From: Psilocybe cubensis
Taxonomy: Eukaryota
Assembly (NCBI GenBank): GCA_017499595.2
Contig: CM039008.1
Location: 1,116,001 to 1,180,000, forward strand
Direction of reading: 5' to 3'
Length of the DNA: 64,000 nucleotides
Shown: positions 27,346-39,769 of the stretch, in pieces
Position numbering within the stretch: position 1 is the stretch's first letter
Layout: the number at the start of each line of letters is the position of its first letter
Notes under the pieces: model-generated
Database searches by the model: none
What the model was told of the DNA's origin: nothing
Seen by the model: the letters and a program-made list of their open reading frames with translations, nothing else
Translations under genes and position numbers: made by a program

Positions 27346-30300
27346 TCATCTTGTGAACTGCATATAATTGTTAACGACACAGCAATTCTCACAAAGCATT
27401 GACATACCTGGACAACCAAAGAGTCTGGGAAGGGGGTAACAGTCCCTAGCTGCGATATATACTCCGTTTTCTGCGTGTCATGCCATTCCTCAACATATCT
27501 GTGGGATAATTAAGCAATTAACATGGTTCCCCGGTAGAGGATAGGCGGTAAGATCTAACCTGACGAATGAGCCTGACTGCCCTGGACCCCTCTGGAGACC
27601 CTGAAGCCTGAAGATAGAGCTAAGCACATGGGGAGCGGTCTAAATGGGTTCAAATGAGAGAACTGCTTCGTTGAGGTCAACAATATGTTGCTTACCGCTT
27701 TGAAGAACTCTGGGGTCATGAATCTATGGGTTATAATTCAAAGTTCAATAAAGTACAGGCACAAAACGATGAAAAATCCATACCCATTGACGCCAAAGGA
27801 CAAAATATCGTATTGGAAATTAGAGCTTGAACCGTTGTGCATTGAACTATCAGAGGGAGCAGCGGACACCTGGAGCACATCGAATTTTAGAAGCCAATCA
27901 TGAGTTAGGATGGTCATAGAAAACTTACATTACGCTCTGCAGACATAATGCTTGCAAATACGTGATCTCCGGCTTTTAGATCAATGGGTCCAATAGTAGT
28001 ATCCTTGGTGACGGTTCTATAAGCGCCCGCGACAGGGGGTCTAGCGCCTAAAATCTACGTCAGAGTGTCATTCCCAATTGAGTATACTGTAGAAACTCAC
28101 GTAACGCATCGAAGATATATTGCATCACTTTATCTTGAGCACCTTCCTCGGACGAGTCCATAAGCCTAACAATTTCCTCGCGTGCGTCCTTTTGACTATC
28201 CTCAAGGTAAAAGTCGACGACTTGGGCAACGGTCTGGGAGTATATCGAGGCGGAAGGAACAATACCCCCAACAATCTGGGTAGCGAGCTCTCGAGGGAGG
28301 GTCTTGGGTGATACAGAATCCTTCAGTTTCCTAAGGAAAACGTGAGACTTGTAGTTTTTAATCCCAAAAGAGTTTTCTTCGTCTTTCAACGAGACCTTTT
28401 CAGCATATTAGAATCTCATTCTCACTAAATAGGAAGGCGACACGGCCTACCAGATAATGCATCCGATCGACGTGGGCTTCGACAACGGCGACAATCCTTT
28501 GGAAGTCTTTCTGAGACTCTTCTCGGAGCTTCCAGTCATTGACAGGATCAAAGTTGAAGTATACATATCTAAAAGTAGAGTAATGAGAAGTTGACTGAAA
28601 ATGACCTGAAAGGACCTACCGAGCAATGTGTTCAAACCTCTCGCACGTTTCCTGTTCGTACCAAATACCACGCGGGTTTAATCCTGACTTTAAAGGTAGC
28701 CCGGCCTAAAATTCCCCGCATGTGAGCTTCAGACATGCTAGAGACTAATTGGGCATCAACTCACGATTTCTTCACAAATCCAATGAACAGGAAGGAGGTT
28801 GATGACATCTCTGACAATGTCAACATAAGCGGTAGAACGCCCATTGGACCAAAATTTCTCGTGAATCAGGGCGCTTGTGTGCGAAGCGAAATATTCAGCG
28901 AAGTTTGGATCCGGTTTGCTGAATACGTTACGCGACACGGTTAAGACACCAGCATCGAAAGTCTTTTTAGCCGCATCGAGAGCAATTTGAGCCTTTTCCT
29001 CTTCCTCGAGGGTGTGCTTCGGGGCCTAATGATGAAAACAGAATATGAGAATATATCTGAGGAGAGTGAGATAACTACATACCAGATTGGGTGCCAGAAG
29101 GGGTTCAGCAACCTTGAAGAGGCGACTGTCATATGCGGCCATAAACGATCCACTGTCCTCCAGAACCTGCTTGACACCATCAAAAGTATCGATAACCAAA
29201 AGAGGAGCTGGTGCACGAGGACGAGTCCAATTGTACTTCGGAGCGAGAGTTGGATTGGTTTTTTCCAAATTCTCCTTCATGAAGCTCGGGACCAAGAATG
29301 GGAAATGGGCATAAGCTGAACCTCTGGGGTAATAGTCGGGCAAGGTCCTGAAGAGGAGTTTGGTGAGAAGGCCTCCGTATGATCCATCTTCATGGTCGTA
29401 TTGGCAGTCTTGGTATCCCCAGGATGTGAGGTTGAAAGCTATACGGACATTTAAGTCGCTCGTTCTCGTTTGTTAGAATGTGTCCACTTACGAGTGAAGT
29501 CAACGGTCATGAACCTGTCCCCTCTTGTCAAAGACACGGCATCCGCAAGGATAGCCCTCGAGATGGTGTATCCAGGGCACAATCCAGCACCTTCACCGGG
29601 TAACTTGGTCTCTTCAGCTTGAAGACCAACCTACACATGAAATCAATACCCAGAAAAGGAACATGAATAAACATGCAAACGTACATGAAGTTCAAGATTG
29701 TCAATGTCTCGGTAGAGCGATGCCGCCGCTCGCTGATAAGGAAGATAAAAATCTCATCTAACCGAGGTATATCGTTGTAGCACTTACATGAATTTCAGGA
29801 TCTGGGTTCCATTCTTCAAACGTCGAATACGCTGTCATAAATCCAATCAATCAGCACGGTGAACCGTCAACTCTCAGCTTCCGAATGAGCGAAACTCACG
29901 TTTGAGTCCTAGGAATTTCCTGAACTCATTCAGCTAAATGAAAACGAAAATCACATGGATGAGCAATCCAAAATTGACACGCGAGCGCTCGCCGATTAAG
30001 AGCGTACCGAACAAGTTCCCCAGCTCCTGGACTGCTCGATGCCCATAACCTCAATAATCCTCAGTGCCTCCGGGATACCCCTGGCTTTGAAAGCACCAGC
30101 GCGTGCCTCCGTCGCATTATGCAACACATTCGCGAGATCGGCATCCTCAAACCTATTGTCCTTCCCTCGCTTCAAGCCCCCAAATGTCCACTCCTGCACG
30201 TTCGCAGGGGGTATCAGGTACTTGTGAGCGGCTTGCTTGAATGTCTGGACCGTGATCTATTTGGGGCAAAAAACGTGCCAACAAGGCAATGATTAGAACA

Positions 30301-32061
30301 TATATAGACATCTCAGTGAGGCAAAAAAAAAATGCGCCACAATCATGTCGAGCTGATCTTGATCATGACGGGGTAGACATGAAACGACAGGACAGAAAAA
30401 AAAACGCACATCTTTGGGATCAGCGCCGTCGAAGAGTTTATTGAAGGTATTGGTGGTGTATGTGGTATCAGGCTGTGAGAGAGTGGCATGCCATCGATAC
30501 AGCAGATTGAATTCAACTGAAACGACGTTTCCCTGCCCCGTAGGCACGAGTTGGTGATCAGAATCACGTATAGGCTAGAAAATAAAACGCGTGTCAGTCA
30601 ACATTGATGTAGAGCTCAATTCTTCTGATCATACCATGAGGGGATCTAGCCTCCAGTCACTTCCATCACGGACCAATCCAAGAATAGCGCCAACATAGTC
30701 TATTTTCCAAAAAACATTGTACCAGTCAGCATACAAACATCCAAAATGGATTGGATATTCATACTCACCCCCAAGAATAATCTGCATGAAGAATCCACAG
30801 TTAACCATTCTCGCGCGTTGGAAGATCTCCTCGTCCTGAGCCTGCTTGGGAGCCGCATCTTCCGGATATGGCTTCATCAAATTGCCATTCTCATTGATAT
30901 CCAAAATCTTCTGAGCAATGAACTATAGCAACAAACAATTCACCCAGTCAGCATACAAAGAAGAAAATAACTTTTTCACCCATGGACCATCAAACGCAAA
31001 CACTCACGTTATGATTCCGGTTCAACAAAATTAGCAACGCGCATGATGCAGGAGGCATCAACAACAACCTCCCATCCGCAAAGACATCATCCAACAGCTT
31101 TCCGGACCCATCATTTCTCCTCACCGACTGGACTTGACGGTCATTGCTGCCATACAGCACGCTCAGATCCAAATAACTGCTGGCATCATTCACCGTCCAG
31201 TCTGTATGGTTCGTGTTGAAGATCGAATGGATGACCAAATCAGCAAACGCAAAGAACATCGCCGAGATGCCTCCCGGGTGTTCAACGAATTTGTCACGTT
31301 TGAGGAGGGTGTCAAAGACAAGCCCAGCGTCAGGGAGTGCGGAGCGAGGAGCCGCCTTCGTCGATGGAACAGACCGAGCATAAGGACTACCGGCCTTTCC
31401 GATCCCAGGTTGAAGCGGGTTGTAGTTCGAGGCGTCTGCCGCCCTATACGCGTATTTCACGTATCCTTGACGTGGAAGGCTGACATTTGACTGAACCTGT
31501 GGGCGAAACTCCGCGATATACCCACTCGGCGGATGTGGGAGGTCGTCGTACACTGCAAAGAAAAATAGCCGTGACCGAATTGATTCCGTCAGATCTGGCC
31601 AAAGCCCCTGAATCGTTAATACATACGAAGCTTGATGACTTTGTTTTGCATAGTCTTTGATATGTCAAACTTCTGAAGTCGGGACATCGCAGTAAGAATC
31701 CTCTCCAGCTACAATAAATCAATGAACGCTCAATGAATGTCCAGAATTTAATTTAACAAGGCCGCTCACCAATAACTGCCTGTCATCGAGGCTATCCGAA
31801 TGCCGCAAAGCGTCAACCAGAGCGGGCTAAGATTAAAAAAACAACAGTCAGCCTCCGCAGAATCTGAGTATTTTGTTTTTCGACCAAGACACTCACCAAA
31901 TCACTTGGTTTGAGCGGTGGGCTAGCGATCAAACCGTTCACCTTGCTTACGGTTTTTTGCACGACCTGGGTGCGTGGTCGAGCGCCATCCGTATCGACGG
32001 GCCTCTTCGAATCCAAAACGTTGTCAATCCCCACAGCAACAGCGTTGACAAAAGCAGACAT
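27346..32061 (-). CDS. Ppo/linoleate diol synthase-family fatty-acid dioxygenase (heme peroxidase domain plus degenerate P450-like C-terminal domain), spliced
   Basis: YDDLPHPP, GSPYARSVP, LVIHSIF (distal His), SSYLDLSVLYG, EIFQRAR, GNVVSVEFNLLYRWH (catalytic Tyr and proximal His), LNEFRKFLGLK, ILADAVSLTRGDRF; C-terminal VDIVRDVIN, DALR-LDPP and GPGQSG. Confidence 0.93.
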
Positions 32062-32964
32062 AGCGTTTAGCACCACCAGGGTACAAATAGAATATAAAAA
32101 GCGAAAAGGGAAAGAAAAATAAACGAACGAGGGCGTCGTGAAAGTAAAAGTCGACGACCTTCTGCTGGAGCGAGGACGATTCGATGCGGGGGGAGATGGC
32201 ATATCACCTCTCCAAAAAGGGGTCGACTAAATACTCAACGAGAGTTGGACAGATGGCCAAAAGAGTGAAGACCGGTATACCATCATTTCACACCCAAAAG
32301 CGCCCTTAATATTATTCTCAAATCTCAAAATCTCCTGGAAATGATCGAAGGAAGGAGGTTGGCGGTACGACCAGGCGCGCGGATGATGTGATGCACCGAG
32401 TTCGACTTCGAACCTTCCGGTGGATTAGCAACAGACCGATTGGGCATCAACATCATCTGCCAGCCCCCAGCCTATAATTATAATAATTCACATTGACTTG
32501 ATAATCATGCCCAAGCTTGTGAAAACTGTGAATATGGTAGAATGCCGATAGAGCTATATGGAATCGCGACGACGCTCATCGATCTAATAGGCATATCAGC
32601 GCTCGTGGAGGCAAGCCGAACTTAATAACGTTCACAAGTATCAGAAACGGGGTCATTACTTCCACCTACTACCACTAACCCACACTCACCGCGAGATTGA
32701 GATAGGCATAGCCTCACAATTGATATCATGAAACGATGGGACAAGCAGAATAATATCCATGATAGGGTATCCGAAGTAAGGAATGTAAAAATAGCACCTA
32801 ATAAGATGATCTTCAAGGAAAACAAGGCGTAACTGATGACGAGGAACAAACGCGAATGCGGGCGTCTCACATGATGACGGCACATGGCTTTAGTGGGGAA
32901 TTAAAGTAACAATCTGGAATGATAGTCGACAACCACGAGGGTTTCCAACCCTACGATAGGAAAA

Positions 32965-33810
32965 TCACATAATGATGCAGCAAGAATTTTGCTGAGGATC
33001 ACCACCAACAATCAGCCCATTGTGGCCATGGCAAAGATCAAAAGAGACATAACAGCTCACCTTCTTCGCGGTCTTGTAGAACATCTTGCTTTGCATCGAA
33101 AGTGCATTTGACCTCTCAACAAGATTATCCAGCTTTTCACCGCGCTGCAGTACCGACTCTATCGTCTTGTGCTAAAGGAAGGAAGCCATACGCGATCAAA
33201 ACTCTCCCAAGAACCCGAAGTCGAGCCTAAAGTGACGTACCAGCACAATCTTAGTCTCGTCCAATTCCTGCTGCACCCTCATAATCGTATCCGCTTGCCT
33301 AGGATCTTGATATTTCTGAATGTATGCGTTTATCTCCGGGAAGGAGATCGATGACGGATTGCCATATGATGACTTTGGAACCTTGGCGGTAAACTCGTCC
33401 AGGATCTTCGTCAGCAGCGAAAAGGCAGGTCGAACTGGGTACTCCTCATCGGTAATAATGACAGCTTCACGTAACAAGAGATTAAAGCGGATCCAAAGAA
33501 ACAAGTCAGCATGAGTCAATACAGCTTAGCCGCTCCAACTGCGGGATACAGTGAACAACGACGGCAACTCACCAGCAAGCTGTTCGTCCCCTCCACGGTT
33601 ATACACATGGGCAACATGGCTCTGCTCCTGGACTGTCTGTCTCTGACCCTGGGGTGTTCTCTCCGCGACCGTCTTTGACAGGAACGACATGAATTCGCCA
33701 GCAGACCCCCTCTGATAGAAGCTAAACGACGAGAGGTCATTTGCCGAGCTGAGTGTGACCGAAGCGCCAGACGGAGGCGCGAGGATGACTGAAATGGAGT
33801 AGATCTTCAT
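32965..33810 (-). CDS. YKT6: Prenylated longin R-SNARE Ykt6, spliced
   Basis: [71 protein letters not shown] (CCaaX). Confidence 0.97.
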
Positions 33811-34333
33811 AACTTAATCTTGTTTCGGTGAGAGTCAAGGGCCTGTTTGTATGGAATGTGGAAGTGGAGAAGAACAAGAACAAGGGGTTGGAAGACTAGG
33901 TGTACAGTTTCGGCCAGTCACTCAAGCCGACCAAATGATGGCCGTCACGCCATCACGGCCACGCCTCTGTTACCGTGACGTGGCCATTGCTTTCTCATCG
34001 ACATTCACGTACATAGGCGCTAATCATACTCTGAAACCAACTCTAAAGAATCTCAACTCGACTCAACCTCCATGTTATTTAAATGCTTCTACAACGCCGC
34101 CATTTTGCTGGAACTCCAACATTAAGCTAGTGTGAATCTAGCCAGCGTTTTCTGCGAAAAGGTTTCTAGTTTCACGAAACACATGTGTCTTTGAGAGCTT
34201 TCACGTACAGGACCATCGACTTAGAAGTTATTCCGCATAACCCGTGAGTCGACATGTCATTTTATGAATTATCTCCTCTTCCGCCTCCATCGCGAGACTA
34301 AAGATAACCCAAACCATTCCCAACGCCACGCAA

Positions 34334-35194
34334 TTACCTCCCCCCCTCAACCTTCTCCTTCATCTCCTCCTCACTCCCACTAAACACCCACTTCTCAAAT
34401 TCTCTCACCTTCTCCTCACCACCCAGCACACCCTCAAACAACCCCTCCAAATCCTCTCTACGCATCCACCTATGATCCTTCCAATCAAATCCAGGAACCA
34501 CAACCTCCGTAATCAAACAGTTTATTTTCTCCCTCTCCTCCTCGCTCTCCGCAGCCTGCATATCCACCTCCAACAACGCCGAGCGCTTCCACACACCAGT
34601 GCCAACGAGCAACATTCTTGTCTCTCCCGCAGACGCGTCGGGCCCTATCACCTTCCTCTCAATGCGCGGTGGGTTTCCCGGTGTGATGAGCGTGTACTCG
34701 GCGCGGCCTTGGTGCCAAACATGGTATGTCTGAGTTATCGCATAAAGAAAACGGTGTCGGGCATGGCAAGGGTGAGATAACTCAATATGATATGAGAGAG
34801 AGAGACGCACGACCGACTTGTTCATGTGGAACGTCCCCACCGGCCGATCATAACTCAACAAATAATAAATCGACGTCGCAAGCTGCCTCTTCTCTCCTCC
34901 TTCAATGACAAATATCCACAATATCAACACATAAAGTTATACTTATCATATCACCAAGCCTGGCAAAAAGCTCACCAGCAAACGCAGACGGTATCTTCTC
35001 CTCCTGTACATCCGTCACCGTAAAGTATCCTGCAAACGCCCACGCACGGGAAAAGATATAAAAAGCCACAATATCAGGAACAGATGAGAAAGAAGAAGTG
35101 GTATATCTTTTAAAAGACACGCACCGCCCTCAATGTGCTCTTCGAGCCCTAACGTCTTGATCAACTCAGTCGACGTCGAATGTGCCGCAGACAT
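34334..35194 (-). CDS. DUF985/Cupin_5 family cupin (YML079W/Cff1-like), spliced
   Basis: LIKTLGLEEHIEGG-YF, RQLATSIYYLL, FHMNKS, TYHVWHQGRAEY, LITEVVVPGFDWKD. Confidence 0.88.
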
Positions 35195-35824
35195 TGTGCT
35201 AGCAATCAAAATATATACAAAAGTACCGTAGATTCGCGTCGCGAGCGTCGGCGGGGGGTGGGGACGGGGATGGGATAGCACACTAGTGTCGATCTAGACG
35301 GTCGACGTTATAATCCAAACGCAAGCAGCGCGATACCGAAAAAAAGCCTCCCGAGTCAAGAATCAAGATCGAGAGAGTCGTCAAAGCCAATCAAAGTTAT
35401 CAAACCAAGATTTGCAAGATATGAAATGTCCACGAGCTCTCGAGTCTGGGATCAAATCAAATCAAATCAGCAACAATCTGCACCGGACCCAAATGGCGAA
35501 ACCACCTTCCTCCTCCTCCGATTCCTCCTCAATATATAGTATTATATCACATACTAGTACTAGTACTAGTACACGTACCCTCCCCCTATCTGTCGGTCTG
35601 TCTGTCTAACTGGAGGTACGTATACGCACTGTACACTATACCAGACACCAGCATTCCTCCATCTCTGAAACACGCTGCGCAGTGCGATCCGACTCCGGTC
35701 TGTGTCTGACTGACCATGATACCCTAACGTTAACCCCAAACCCATTTCTTTCCCATTCCCACATTGACACCCATAAGTACTTGCGTATAATTATAGGTGT
35801 AGATGACATATCATCCCACGTCCG

Positions 35825-35852
35825 TAACCGTTAACCGTTAACCGTTAACCGT
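35825..35852 (+). repeat. (TAACCGT)4 tandem repeat
   Basis: Four perfect units read directly. Confidence 0.9.
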
Positions 35853-36256
35853 TTCTTTCCGTGGACGACTCGTTAGCTTAGTTGCGCATGCCTGACAAAC
35901 GAAAGTTTTCAATGGCAGCGTTGACAAAGACAGGGTTGACAAAGCAATCAAAGACAGACTCGCGTCTCGCGTCTCGCGTCTCGCGTCCGACCCCACTTGC
36001 CGTCGGCGCGCTGACACACTACATAAAAGCAGTACCACAGGCGTGCCGCGCATATATACAATATTTGAAGGAGTGCCGAGATGGCTATGGCTATGTCTCA
36101 ATGTTGCAATTCAAGGTGTATCCGAGTTTGAAGATGGCTTATAATTAGTATCCGGGTCCGCTTTTCGCGTCCACATCCACATCCACGTCCACGTCCACGT
36201 TTCCATCGACACATCTTGTTTGCTCTCAGATAACACCCCGAGCCTCCACATACCTT

Positions 36257-36334
36257 CAATCCAACTCCCACATCCTCCATCCACACCACCACGCGCAATC
36301 CAACTCCCACATCCTCCATCCACACCACCACGCG
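36257..36334 (+). repeat. Perfect 39-bp tandem duplication
   Basis: CAATCCAACTCCCACATCCTCCATCCACACCACCACGCG twice. Confidence 0.92.
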
Positions 36335-38374
36335 CGCGGGCTGTAAACCGCACAAGTTCAACTTGAACATAAACACTGCATCGCACCGCTATACTATACC
36401 ATCCTGATCAGAGATGCATATATGATAACCGTCCATCTCAGAATCATCCACTCAAAACCTCCTCGTGCATCGGCACCACGTCAAGATATGATACACCGTT
36501 ATTTATATCATATCATTATCTACCGATGATAAAGACATTGATGACGAGGATGAGGATGAGGATGAGGATGAAGCTCAAGCTGATTCGAGAGGGCCGTAGT
36601 ACGTACAGCATGCCTATGTCCATGTCAAGCCTTGAGCTTGATGCATGATGGTGTACCCGAAACAGATTACATGTGGTACGCTGCCTAGCCAGTCATTGAC
36701 ATTCTCATTGCCATCCACTCTCCTTCTCTCCTTGGAGTTGGACCCGTCCACAAACTTGAACGTTCATCGTGATGCCCGGCGGCGGTGGAATCTGGACTCT
36801 GGTCATGGGCGCTTCGCGATCGGAGCAACTTGGCGCGCTATTTATACAGATGAATACTGGATACAAATACGCGCATTATAATTAAATTAGTGCGTACATA
36901 TCCACCTTCTTCGACGCGATGGCTCGCGTCGCTTCTTCAAGTTGTGCACCACCACCACCATCACCACCACCACCACCACTATCCCCACCACAGTCCAGCG
37001 CGCTGCCAAACCGGCACCAGCACATTCACATTCACAATCGCATTCTCTCCTCTCCTCTCCTCTCGAACTTGCATGCCGCGTGAATGGTTGGGTGACTCGG
37101 GCAACCGAGTCGCGTTGGAATTGGAATTGGAATTCGTGATAGCAGCACCCTGCGACATCTTGCGAGCTTAAATATCCAGCGTCTTGCGTTGCGCGTCGTG
37201 CGTCGAGTCTTAGAGGCCTTGGAGCTTAGAGCACAACACACAACCCCACCACCCTACCACCAAACCGGCACATACATCCCTCTCGAACATGCGCGCCGAG
37301 CTGGGCCGAGGCGTCGTTTTGCTCGATCATGATAGCTTCGCGTGTTATCGCGTCGCGTCGCGTCGGTATTCCACATCCAATCATTAATCATCCATCATTG
37401 ACATCCTCCATCCCAATCTCAGGCGTCACCCGCATTTGCTTTTGCATTCGCATCCGTATTCGCATTTGTATTCGTGCTGATCATGAAGCAGGGAAGCAGT
37501 CACGCTTGAAGCAGTGAAGGCCTGACCAGCGACTCGACGATTATCGGGATTCTCCATCTCCCCATTTCCTCAATCTACAATCGACAGTCTATGATCGACA
37601 GGCCACAGTCCACAGTGCCCAAGCTCAAACCTTCAAGCCTTAACGCAGCTTTGCTTCAGGATCTTTAACAAGCATAAAGTCCAAAATTTGAACGTGAACC
37701 TATGAATTGCAAGGCACCTGGAAAAAGGTCAAATTTCAAAGGCCATCCCGACTCCGACTCTGACTCCGACTCCGTGACTCCACCACGACCGCACCACGAC
37801 CACAACTGCCAACGCCGCCAACGCCAGCAACCTTCAGCTTAACAGTTAACCCGCAACCCAGCCGCAATCTGCAACGCAGCACGCTCCATTCCCATCCCCA
37901 GCCCATCCCTATTGCAATTATCCAGGACAGAGTGTAGTATGTCCTACTCTCCAGAGCTTGGACTAGAGTTTGACTAGAGGCTGCCAGGTTGACAATCCAC
38001 ATCTGCATCTGCACGCACCGCACCGCACCGCACAGCTGCCAGTGGTACCCTCCAATATCCTCCTCATCTTCTACTATCCTCCTTATCCTCCTTATTCCAA
38101 CGCTATTATTATCATCTTCCTACACACACATCCTACACCTCCTACACACTTCCCATTCCCATTGCCCCTCCCATTCCGAATCCCAATGAAACACACCTAT
38201 AGTTAAGCACTATAAATACAAAGGTTACAAAGTTTAAACGCCACCATACCCAAACACCCCACCCCCATCACCCCATCAACACCCCACCTCATCACCCCAT
38301 CAATTAACCCATGCCATCAAACTCAATAAATAAAGAACCCGCATCACCCGGCCCGCCCTCCATATTCAGATACA

Positions 38375-38382
38375 TATAAAAA
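38375..38382 (+). promoter_or_regulatory. Probable TATA box of the 38544 gene
   Basis: TATAAAAA about 170 bp upstream of an ATG that has an A-rich leader. Confidence 0.55.
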
Positions 38383-38543
38383 GGCGAGAAGGGGGCATGA
38401 CGACGCCGTATCGTGGCTGCGCCCGACCACCGCTGAGGTTAAGTACAGTGTACGCAAAGACGCAAAGAGTGCTGGACCATTCGACATCGTTATAAGACAT
38501 TAAACCACGAAGGGATCAATAACAAGAAAAAGAACAAGAAAAA

Positions 38544-39643
38544 ATGGTATCAACATCGACGACGATCCGATCCCGCACGTTCTTCTGCTGTCTCCCTGTG
38601 CGATTTGGGGTGTTTGTGCGTCTCCCTCTCCCTCTCTCTCCTCTCCGTATATTTTTATTAGAGTGGATTTTAATGACATATGCCAGATCCTCTCGCTGCT
38701 CGCGATGCTCGGCGGCTCGTTCGTAGCTGCTATAGCGTGGATCAAGGTCGCGCAGCTAGGTACTTATCCCTCCTCCTCCCCTTTTCCTCCTCCTCCTTCT
38801 GTTATGGTGGGGATGATGGTTATGGTTATGGTAATACTAATAACGAACCCGTGGATTGAATTCGCACAGCCAAAAACCCACTGGACAAAGTGGACGCGAT
38901 CGCGCTGTACGTGCACGCTGTGATGTTTACGATTCTGGCGGTGCTTTCTGTTTTTGGGTGCGTCTTTCCCCTTCTCTCCCGAGGTTTTGTCCATGCACTA
39001 ACCCCTCCCATCACTCAATCCACCCCTCTAACCCACCCATCTAACACAACCCACAGCTTCCTAGGCACCCTAACCAAATCCCGCCGCCTAATCTCAACCT
39101 TCGCAATCGCACTCGCGATCCACCTCGGCTTCTCCCTCGCCTCCGGCGCATTCACTTTATACACCGTGTTCCACGAGCGGACCGCGGACGCCGTCGCACG
39201 ATGCCTTAACGAATCCCAGTTGCCCGATCCGGATATGGATGGGGATGGGGAGGTGAAGGCGTGTCGCGGGGCGGTGGCGCTGATGAAGGGTGTGATGGTT
39301 GTGGTTTATGTGGTTACGTGGTTTATCCAGCTCTGTGCGTCCCTCCCTCCTCATTCTTTTTTTTTTACTGTGTGCGTTTCTGCTGACATGTGTGAATGCA
39401 GACGCATATTTCATCGTAGAGCGCTATGTGGCGCAGTTGGCCGACGAGGAGGTTGCAGCAGCGACAGTCGTTATCCCGCAAAGTGCGCTTGCAATGGAAC
39501 AGGCTGCGCCGATGATGAGTACGACGTATGGCTCGTTTGGGCCTGCGTACCCGTTTACGGCGCCTGGACACGCGTTTGGTTTGGGCACGGGGGTGCAAGT
39601 GGCGGGAGTTTCGCGGGGGAGGGATGGAAGTGCGATGGTTTAA
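38544..39643 (+). CDS. Uncharacterised four-TM membrane protein (tetraspanin/LAPTM-like topology), spliced
   Basis: N-terminal FFCCLPVRFGVF, four hydrophobic segments, two Cys in the loop between TM3 and TM4 (RCLN...KACR), YFIVERYVAQL; consistent GT-AG introns. Confidence 0.8.
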
Positions 39644-39769
39644 TGAGATGCTGACGATGATACATACATACATACAGTAGTTACCGTAAATACTTACTTA
39701 GCAGCGGGTAAAAACGCGTGAGATGATCGCAAACAAATATGAAATAACACAGGTTGGCTTTGGATTTGA

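Noticed and set aside
35721..35738. ACCCTAAC as a telomerase template or telomeric seed
   Set aside because: Only 8 nt, with no tandem TTAGGG array or supporting structure.
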